Source: Mobula hypostoma
Lineage: Eukaryota
Direction of reading: 5' to 3'
DNA: 64,000 nt
NCBI RefSeq assembly: GCF_963921235.1
Contig: NC_086097.1
Coordinates: 92,134,001 to 92,198,000, forward strand
Shown: positions 54,247 to 64,000 of the stretch, piece by piece
Position numbering within the stretch: position 1 is the first letter of the stretch
How the letters are laid out: the number at the start of each line of letters is the position of its first letter
Program-made: the position numbers and the translations under genes
The notes under the pieces: model-generated
The model's database searches: none
The model's input: the letters and a program-made list of their open reading frames with translations, nothing else
What the model was told of the DNA's origin: nothing

Positions 54247-56454
54247 AATCGGACCATCAGGCCATATTCCTCCTCCCGGCTTACAAACAGAAACTGAAGC
54301 GGAAGGTCACGGTGTCAAAAGTGGTGTCACGTTGGACGGAGGAAACGGATGAGGTCCTCCATGACTGCTTTGAATCGATAGACTGGTTAGTATTCAAGGA
54401 CTCAGCAGCTAATCTTGATGACTATGCCTCAGCTGTCACAGACTTTATCTGGAAATGCACAAAGGACTCTGTGTCTTGCATGATGATCAGGGTATTCCCT
54501 AACCGGAAACCTTGGATAAATTATGAGGTCAACTCCCTTTTGAAGACTACAGCTGCAGCTTTTAGGTCCAGGGATACCAGTCGCTACACGGAATCCAGGC
54601 GTGAACTCCGGAAAGCCATTAAGGGCGCCAAGAGGGAATATTGAGCCAAGTTGGAAGCCCAGGCTAACCAGAGGGATGCTGGTAGACTATCACAGGGTCT
54701 CAGTGAGATCACTGGGTGCAAAGAAAAGGCTGGGAATATCAATAACTGTGGCGCTTCTCTTCCTGATGAACTTAATGTATTCTACGCAATATTCGAACAG
54801 AAGAGGAGCGTCCCGCTCCCTCCGGATGAACCGGACCTGGTAGCATTGAGATTCATCGTCACCGAGGAGGATGTTAGAAGGGCCTTCCTGAAGATAAATC
54901 CAAGGAAGGCGACAGGCCCAGATGGCGTCTCGGGACGGGTTCCCTGGGCCTGTGCAAGCGAGCTAGCTGGTGTGTTTGCTGACATCTTCAACTGCTCCTT
55001 GCTTCAGTCTAAGATCCCCTCGTGATTTAAGAATGCAATGATAATCCCGGTGCTGAAGAAGAGCAAGATGGCATACCTGAATGACTATCGACCTGTGGCT
55101 CTGACATCAATTGCTATGAAGTGCTTCGAGAGATTGGTTATGGCACACATCAACCACAGTCTACCAGTCAATCTTGACGCTTTGTAATTTGCATACCGGA
55201 GCAACAGGTCAACAGCAGAAGCTATCTCTCTGGCCCTACATTCCTCCTTAGAACACCTGGAGAATAAAGACGCATATGTAAGGCTCCTTTTCATTGACTA
55301 CAGCTCTGCCTTTAATACAATCATTCCAAATAAACCGATTCCTAAGCTCCGGAACCTGGGCCTTAGCACTCAGATCTGCAGCTGGATCTTCAACTTCCAC
55401 ACAGACAGGACTCAGGCTGTAAAAATAGGGGACAAGCTCTCCTCTACAATCACTCTGAGCACCCGTGCCCCACAAGGCTGTGTACTCAGCCCCCTGCTGT
55501 ACTCACTGTACACCCATGATTGTGTAGTCAAGTTTCCATCGAACTCAATATATAAGTTTGCTGATGATACCACAATTGTAGGCCGTATCTCGAGTAATGA
55601 TGAGTTTGAGTACAGAGAGGAAATTAAGAACCTGATGGGATGGTGCAAAGACAATAACTGATCCCTCAACATCAGGAAGACTAAGGATTTGGTTTTTGAC
55701 TTCAGAAGGAGTAGCGGACCGCACGACCCAATTTATATCGGTGGTGCACAAGTGGAACAGGTCAAAAGCTTTAAGTTCCTCGGGGTCAATATCACAAATG
55801 ACCTGACTTGGTCCAACCAAGCAGAGTTCACTGCCAAGAAGGCCCACCAGCGCCTTTACTTCCTGAGAAAACTAAAGAAATTTGGCCTGTCCCCTAAAAC
55901 CCTCACTAATTTTTATAGATGCACCGTAGAAAGCATTCTTCTAGGGTGCATCACAACCTGGTACGGAAGTTGTCCTGTCCAAGACCGGAAAGCTGCAGAA
56001 GATCATGAACGCAGCCCAGCACATCACACGAACCAATCTTCCATCCATGGACTCACTTTACACTGCACGCTGACGGAGCAGTGCTGCCAGGATAATCAAG
56101 GACACGACCCACCCAGCCAACACTTTTTGTCCCTCTTCCCTCCAGGAGAAGGTTCAGGAGCTTGAAGACTCATACAGCCAGATTTGGGAACAGCTTCTTT
56201 CCAACTGTGATAAGACTGCTGAATGGATCCTGACCCGGATCTGGGCCGTACCCTCCAAATATCCAGACCTGCCTCTCGGTTTTTTTGCACTACCTTACTT
56301 TCGATTTTCTATTTTCTATTTATGATTTATAATTTAAATTTTTAATATTTACTATCGATTTGTACTCCAGGGAGTGGGAAGTGCAGAATCAGATATCGCT
56401 GTGATGATTGTACGTTCTAGTATCAATTGTTTGCCGACAATAAAGTATAAAGTA
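54247..56454 (+). mobile_element. Rex1/Babar-type LINE, 5'-truncated, RT region with stops
   Basis: 'NPRKATGPDGV', '[19 protein letters not shown]', '[17 protein letters not shown]', '[19 protein letters not shown]', '[10 protein letters not shown]', 'AHQRLYFLRKL'; (taaagta)n tail. Confidence 0.95.
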
Positions 56455-58443
56455 CAAATTATCCCAAGAAATCACCAGTAATCCTATACTCAGTCACATC
56501 TCCCCAATTCACTAGTAATCCAGTACATAATCACATCCCCCCAAATCACCAGTAATCTTGTACACAGTAACACTCCACCCAAATCAGCAGTAATCCTGTA
56601 CACAGTCACACACCCCCTAATCACTAGTAATTCTGTACACAGTCACACTCCCCCCAAATCAGGAGTAATACTCAACACAGTGACACTCCCCCAAATAACT
56701 AGTAATCCTGTACACAGTCACATCCCCCCAAATCACTAGAATCCCAGTACACAGTCACATCCCCCCAATTCTCTTGTAATCCTGTCCACAATCACACAAC
56801 CCCAAATCACTACTAATCCAGTACAGAGTCACACTCCCCCCAAATCAGCAGTAATCCTGTACACAGTCACACACCCCCTAATCACTAGCAATCCTGTACA
56901 CAGTCACACTCCCCGAAATCACGACTAATCCTTTACACTATGACATTCTCCCCAAATCACCAGTAATCCTGTACACAGTTACACTGCCTGCAAATCACAA
57001 GTAATCCTGTACACAGTCACATCATCCAAATCACCAGTAATCCTTTACATAGTCACATTCCCCCTAATCACTAGTAATCCTGTACACAGTCACATCCCCA
57101 CAATTCACTTGTAATCCTGTCCACAATCACTCACCCCCAAATCACTACTAATCCAGAACAGAGTCACACTCCCCCCAAATAGGCAGTAATCCTGTACACA
57201 GTCACACACACCCTAATCACAAGTACTCCTGTGCAGTCACATCACCCCAAATCACTAGTAATTTTGTACACAGTCACAGTCCCCTAAATCACTACTCATC
57301 CTGTATACAGTCACACCCCCTCAAATCATTAGTAATCCTGTACACAGCCAAACTCCCTCGAAATCATGAGTAATCCTTTACACAATGACATTCCCCCCAA
57401 ATCCCTAGTAATCCTGTACACAGTTACACTGCCCGCAAATCACTAGTAATCCTGTACACAGTCACATCGTCCAAATCACCAGTTATCCTGTACACAGTCA
57501 AATTCCCCCAAATCAACAGTAATTCTGTAAACAGTCACATTCCCCAAATCACTGGTGATCTTGTACACAAGCACATCACCCCAAATCACTAGTCATCCTG
57601 TGCACAGTCCCCCAATCACTAGTAATCCTGTACACAGTCACATTCCTCCAAATCACTTGTTATCCTGTCCACATCACACACCCCCAAATCACTAGTAAGT
57701 CAGTAAACAGTCACACTCCCCCAAATCACTAGTAATCCTGTGCACAGACCCACAACCCTAAATCACTATTAATTGTGCACAGTCACAAACACCCCAAATC
57801 ACAAGTAATCCTGTACACAGTCACACACCACCAAATCACAAGCAGTACTGTATACAGTCACACACCCTCAAATCACAAATAATACTGTACACAGTCACCC
57901 TCCCTCTAAGTCAGTAGGAATCCTTTATACAGTCACACTCCCCAAATCACTAGTAATCCTGCACACAGTCACACTCCCCCAAAGTGACCAGTAATCCTGT
58001 ATGCTGTCACATCCACCAAATCTCTAGTAATCCTGTACACAGTCACATCCCCCCAAATGACTAGTACTCTTGTATGCAGTAACACCCCGCAAATCAGTAG
58101 TAATCCTGTACAGTCACATTCCCCCCAAACCACTAGTAATCCTTTACACACTCACATCCCTCCAAATCACTGATAATCCTGTCCACAGTCACACACACTA
58201 AAATCACCAGTCATCCTGTAGACAGTCACATCCGTCCAAATCACAAATAATCCAGTACAGTCACACTTCCACAAAATTAGTAGTAATCCTGTACAAAATC
58301 AACCCCCCCAAATCACTCATAATCCTGTACACAGTCACATCACTCCAAATCATTAGGCATCCTGTGCACAGTCACAGTCCCCTTAATCACTAGTAATCCT
58401 CTACACAGTCACATCCCCCCAGATCACTAGTAATCCTTTACAC

Positions 58444-59856
58444 CAGCAGTCCCCAACCACTGGGCCGCAAAGCATGTGCTACCGGGCTGTAAGGAAACGA
58501 TATCAGTCAGCTGCACCTTTCCTCATTCCCTGTCATGCACTGTTGACCTTGAACACAGGGTTGCCAACTGTCCCGTATATTGGGCTAAATTGGTTTGTCC
58601 CATACGGGACAGCCCTTGTCTCGTATTTCCCCCACTAACGTAGAGCGTTCCTATGAAACCTTTCATGCCGAAATGGTGTGAAGCGAAGAAGCAATTACCT
58701 TTAATTTATAAGGGAAAAATTTTTGAGTTTTCCCAGACCCCAAAAATACCTTCCAAATCATACCAAATAACACATAAAACCAAAAATAACACTAACCTAT
58801 CAATGGAGGGGAGGAGAAGATGGCGTGATGCAACGCGCACAGCCTCTCCAGTGAATGATATCTGTATTTGTCAAGTAGGATACCGTGCATAATCCTGATT
58901 TGATGAAGACAGACGTGAGAAGCACGGAGGAACATCTGGAGAAACTTCTGAAATGCCCGCTTCACTGCCGCTGCTACTGTGCAATCGAGAATCTCCGGAG
59001 GAGAAGGCCCCGAATCCTTGGCTTTGCCTATTGCCTGTTGCCAGGGCTGGGGTCGAAGCACTTGGCAGAGATGGTGCTCGGTGTCAGAGGGCTGGTCAGA
59101 GGCTCGAATTTATCGAGTGGAATCAAGAGTCGGCTCTGGTCGGGTGCTTCTAGGGTGCTGCATGGGCAAGTTTGCGGTGCTGGAGGTTCATGGTAGGGTG
59201 TGTTTCTCCCTTCTACCATATGTGTGAGATGATGGGACTTTGAAGACTTCGAGATTTTTTTTTACCGTGTCCATGGTCTGTTCTTTATCAAATTACGGTA
59301 TTGCTTTGCACTGTTGTAACTATATGTTATAATTATGTGGTTTTCGTCAGTTCTTTTCGTCTTGGTCTGTCTTGTGTTTCTGTGATATCATACTGGAGGA
59401 ACATTTTTTTCATTTCTTACTGCATGCATTACTAAATGACAATAAACGAGGACTGCGTGTCCTCATAATATAATCTAATCTAAAAACAGGAATGATGTTA
59501 TAAATACACAGCCTATATATAAAGTAGAAATAATGTATGTACAGTATAGCTGGGAAAATGAAGGCAAAACCGATGTGAGGGGGGGAAATTCGGCACAAAC
59601 GCGCATGCGCACTCATGTGCCCGCGCAAAGCTTCATGGTCATGGTAGTCTTTCCTGGGGTAAAGTGTCCTGGGATTTGACTGCTACTTTTGTCCCTTATT
59701 TGGAAGTGAGAAAGTTGACAACCCTAACTGTAAAAGACATGTTGAGGTGAGTTTAACCGAACTTGAACACCCCCCACCTCCCCCCGGTCGGCCGGTCCGC
59801 AAGAATATTGTCAATATTAAACAGGTCCGCAGTGCAAAAAAGGTTGGGGACCCCTG
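58444..59856. mobile_element. Non-autonomous hAT (Charlie-like) composite with 8-bp TSD
   Basis: TSD ctttacac at 58436-58443 and 59857-59864; TIRs cagcagtccccaacc / ggttggggacccctg. Confidence 0.9.
58803..59482 (+). mobile_element. Non-coding retroposon (SINE or non-autonomous LINE-like) nested in the hAT element
   Basis: GC-rich head 'gaagatggcg', T-rich body, aataaa then (taatc)n tail. Confidence 0.6.
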
Positions 59857-60811
59857 CTTTACACAGACAAGTTTCCCACAAACCACTAGTAATTCTGTAC
59901 ACAGTCTCATCCCACCAAATCACTAGCAATCCAGTATACAGTCACCCCCCCCCACAAATCACGAGTAATACTGCACACAGTTACACACCCCCCAAGTCAC
60001 TAGTAATTCTGTACACAGTCACACTCCCCGAAATCTCTAGTAATCCTGTACACAACACCCTCCCCTAAATCACTGGTGATCCTGTATACAGTCACATTCC
60101 TCCCAAACCACTAGTAATCCTCTACATTGTCACATCTCCCAAAATCACCAGTAATCCTGTACACAATAAGACTCCCGCAAATCACTAGTAATTCTGTACA
60201 CAGTCACGTTCTCCCAAAATCACTCGTAATCCTGTCCACAGTCACACAGTCACATCCCCCCAAAATCACTGGTAGTCCTGTCCACAGTCACCCCCCCCCC
60301 CAAATCACTGGAAAAACTGTAAACAGTCACACCCCTCTGAATCACTAGTAATACTGTACACAGTCACACACCCCAAAATCTCTAGTAAGCCTGTATACAT
60401 GCACACTGACCCCAAATTACTAATAATCCTGTACACAGTCACACTCCCCCCAAATCACTAGTAATCCTGTACACAGTCACGGTCCCCTAAATCACTACTA
60501 ATCCTGTATACAGTCACAGCCCCCCAAATCATTAGAAATCCTGTGCACAGTCACACTTCCTCGAAATCATCAGTAATCCTTTACACAATGACATTCCCCC
60601 CAAATTCCTAGTAATCCTGTACACAGTTACAATGCCTGCAAATCACTAATAATCCCGTACACAGTCACATCGTCCAAATCACCACTTATCCTGTACACAG
60701 TCAAATTCCCCCAAATCACCAGTAATTCTGTAAACAGTCATACTCCCCAAATCACTGGTAATCTTGTACACAGTCACATGACCCCCAAATCACTAGGAAT
60801 CCTGTATACAG

Positions 60812-61248
60812 TGTGACGAGAATACACATAAAATTAAGATGTTTGCTGGCCTAGGTTAGCATCAGTGACATCAGCAAGTGGTCTGCCACCTGCCCTCAGG
60901 GGAAGGAGAGATAAGGAACAATGGAGCAGCGTCTGGAGATGTGTAATGAAGGGACGTGGGAGAGAGAGCTGTCTGGAGCGGCTCCCCCTTTTGAACCCTG
61001 AACTGTTTGAAGTGATGGACAGGTGATACCCCAGCAGGGGGATAAAAAGGGACCGGTTTGCTAAGGCAGGACACACACACGCCACCCGAGGTAACGAGAC
61101 CCTGGAAGTGGTACGCTTCTCACGAGTCGGTGGGAAGTACCAGACAATGGCCAGGGTGGAAAGGTTCTTTCTTAGTTCTAGTACTCCAGACTCCAACTGA
61201 GTGATCCATTTCTGCTGGTTTGGCAACCCAGTTACGGGGTACGTAACA
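60812..61248 (+). mobile_element. Solo LTR (internally deleted), same family as 62860-63759
   Basis: TGTGACG...CGTAACA termini, 4-bp TSD acag on both sides, high similarity to both ends of the full LTR. Confidence 0.93.
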
Positions 61249-62859
61249 ACAGTCACATCCCCCCAAATCACTAGTAATCCTGTACACAGTCACACCCCCC
61301 CCAAATCACTAGTAATCCTGTACACATTCACACCCCCCCAAATCACTACTAATCCATCACACAGTCACACTCCCCCCAAATCATTAGTAATCATGTACAC
61401 AGTCACACACACCCAAATCACTAGCAATCCTGTACACAGTCACATGACCCCCAAATCACTAGGAATCCTGTACACAGTCACATTCCTCCAAATCACTTGT
61501 TATCCTGTCCACATCACACACACTCAAATCACTAGTAAGTCAGTAAATAGTCACACTCCCCCCAAATCACTAGTAATCCTGTGCACAGACCAACACCCCT
61601 AAATCACGAGTAATCATGTACACAATCACAAACGCCCCAAATCACAAGTAATCCTGTACACAGTCACACACCCTCAAATCACAAATAATACTGTACCCAG
61701 TCACACACCCTCCAAGTCAGTAGAAATTCTTTATACAGTCACATTCCCCCCAACCACTAGTAATCCTGCACACAGTCACATACACCCAAATCACTAGCAA
61801 TCCTGTACACAGTCACGGTCCCCTAAATCACTACTAATCCTGTATACAGTCACAGCCCCCCAAATCATTAGTAATCCTGTGCAGAGTCACACTTCCTCAA
61901 AATCATGAGTAATCCTTTACACAATGACATTCCCCCCAAATTCCAAGTAATCCTGTACACAGTTACACTGCCTGCAAATCACTAATAATCCCGTATACAG
62001 TCACATCGTCCAAATCACCAGTTATCCTGTACACAGTCAAATTCCCCCAAATCACCAGTAATTCTGTAAACAGTCATACTCCCCAAATCACTGGTAATCT
62101 TGTACACAGTCACATGACCCCCAAATCACTAGGAATCCTGTACACAGTCACATTCCTCCAAATCACTTGTTATCCTGTCCACATCACACACACTCAAATC
62201 ACTAGTAAGTCAGTAAATAGTCACACTCCCCCCAAATCACTAGTAATCCTGTGCACAGACCAACACCCCTAAATCACGAGTAATCATGTACACAATCACA
62301 AACGCCCCAAATCACAAGTAATCCTGTACACAGTCACACACCCTCAAATCACAAATAATACTGTACCCAGTCACACACCCTCCAAGTCAGTAGAAATTCT
62401 TTATACAGTCACATTCCCCCCAACCACTAGTAATCCTGCACACAGTCACATACACCCAAATCACTAGCAATCCTGTACACAGTCACGGTGCCCTAAATCA
62501 CTACTAATCCTGTATACAGTCACAGCCCCCCAAATCATTAGTAATCCTGTGCACAGTCACACTTCCTCGAAATCATCAGTAATCCTTTACACAATGACAT
62601 TCCCCCCAAATTCCAAGTAATCCTGTACACAGTTACACTGCCTGCAAATCACTAATAATCCCGTACACAGTCACATCGTCTAAATCACCACTTATCCTGT
62701 ACACAGTCAAATTCCCCCAAATCACCAGTAATTCTGTAAACAGTCATACTCCCCAAATCACTGGTAATCTTGTACACAGTCACATGACCCCCAAATCACT
62801 AGTAATCCTGTACACAGTCACATTCCCCAAATCACGAGTAAATCTGTACACCTGCACAC

Positions 62860-63759
62860 TGTGACGAGAATACACATAGATTAAGATGTTAGCTGTCCTG
62901 TGCTGGCACCAGTGGGATCAGCAGTTTGTCTGCCACCTGTCTTCAGGAGAAAGAGAGATAAGGAAAACAATGGAGGAGCATTTGGAGATGTTAATGAAGG
63001 GATGGGAGAGTTTAACGGAAGGAGAGCTGTCAAGATGGCTCCCCCTTTGAACCCTGAACTGTTTGAAGTGATGGACAGGCGATACCCCAGCAGGGGGATA
63101 AAAAGGGTCAGGTTTGCTAAGGCAAGACACACACGACACCCCGAGGTAACGAGACCCTGGAAGCGGTGCGTCTCCCACAAACCAGTGGGAAGTTTTGGAA
63201 GGCTGGTCGTGGGACCAAGCCATAGACGCATAGGGTGGAAAGGCATGATCAGCGGGAACCTGGTGTGTGTCCGCTCTTGCCTGGGTGCCAGGTTCACCGC
63301 AGAGAAACGATCGTATCTGGAAACGGAGGGGTCACGGTCAGTGACCTCAGAAGACATCACAAAGGGCTCGCCCGAAAGCTGACTGCGAAGAATATCGAAG
63401 GTCTGTGTGGAAGCCGTTTGAATATTCATTCGTTTTGCTCTCTCTCTCCCTCCTCCCACTGTCCATCTCCCACGGCAGTGATTACAGTGAACTGAATTGA
63501 ACTAAATTGAACTGAACTTTGTGTCACTTTGAAACTGGTCATTTACCCCTAGACGACAATAGAGCTTGATTGATCCTGTTATCCTAATTCTGAGTACATG
63601 TGTGTTTATCATTGCTGAACTGTTGCATTTATTATCCTTTTGATTAGAGTACTGTGTTGCTTGTTTCTTTAATAAAACTTTCTTAGTTCTAGTAATCCAG
63701 ACTCCAACTGAGTGATCCATTTCTGCTGGTTTGGCAACCCAGTTACGGGGTACGTAACA
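62860..63759 (+). mobile_element. 5' LTR of a Gypsy (Gmr1-like) LTR retrotransposon
   Basis: TG...CA ends with short inverted termini, gataaaa TATA-like and aataaa signals, followed by a PBS. Confidence 0.93.
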
Positions 63760-63763
63760 TAAG

Positions 63764-63781
63764 TGGGGGCTCGTCCAGGAT
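63764..63781 (+). promoter_or_regulatory. Primer binding site, tRNA-Pro
   Basis: TGGGGGCTCGTCCAGGAT, one mismatch to TGGGGGCTCGTCCGGGAT, 4 nt after the LTR. Confidence 0.92.
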
Positions 63782-63857
63782 TTTGAATGCTAAATTTGGG
63801 ACGGAGTAAATTGATTGGGTTAAAATTCCCAAAAGAAAGAAAAGACAAACAGCAGAA

Positions 63858-64000
63858 ATGGAGGTTAGGAATTTATAAAGGCGCCGACCTTGGAGGCATT
63901 AGAGGATGCCAGGAAAGCGGAATTGGCAGCTGTGGCCAAACGGTTGAATCTTGCTAAGGGGAAGTCAACAATGAGGAGAGAGGAGATACACAGAGCTATC
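63858..64000 (+). pseudogene. gag N-terminus (MEV/EFIKAPTLEALEDARKAELAAVAKRLNL..), frameshifted near the start; runs off the window
   Basis: ATG at 63858 is out of frame by one base with the downstream open frame, which resembles Gmr1-like gag N-termini. Confidence 0.65.

Larger units (their letters stand above)
46062..62858. repeat. Large satellite/minisatellite array, unit ~35-38 bp, consensus CACAGTCACAYTCCCCCAAATCACTAGTAATCCTGTA
   Basis: Hundreds of tandem units (~10.8 kb net of insertions); C/A-rich + strand; interrupted by four TE insertions. Confidence 0.98.

Noticed and set aside
46015..61602. ORFs within the satellite (e.g. 61201-61602, 49797-50066)
   Set aside because: Translations of the repeat unit, frequently broken by stops and indels
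46062..62858. CRISPR-like array (36-bp periodic repeats)
   Set aside because: Units are directly tandem with no unique spacers, there are no cas genes and the context is vertebrate; it is a satellite
62881..63459. 192-aa and 160-aa ORFs
   Set aside because: They lie wholly inside the LTR and have no recognisable domain

Overview
Vertebrate genomic DNA, most likely from a cartilaginous fish (ray or shark; inferred from HE1-like V-SINEs, CR1 and Rex1/Babar LINEs and Penelope remnants). The minus strand carries the extracellular and transmembrane part of an ALK/LTK-family receptor tyrosine kinase, best matching LTK. Eight clear exons (34459 to 14402) encode the TNF-like/glycine-rich, EGF-like and TM regions. 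Three upstream candidate exons (44332 to 36997) splice in frame and would give a signal-peptide-led, MAM-less N-terminus. The kinase exons are not found and probably lie beyond the left edge. The introns are full of repeats: a decayed Tc1, tiny MITEs, SINEs, CR1 and Rex1 fragments, and many palindromic Penelope-like (PLE) insertions carrying minimal hammerhead ribozyme motifs. From about 46.06 to 62.86 kb there is a ~36-bp-unit satellite. It is interrupted by a fold-back PLE, a Rex1/Babar LINE, a nested hAT composite and a solo LTR, and it ends at a Gmr1-like Gypsy LTR with a tRNA-Pro PBS. All five junctions fall at nearly the same position of the repeat unit.
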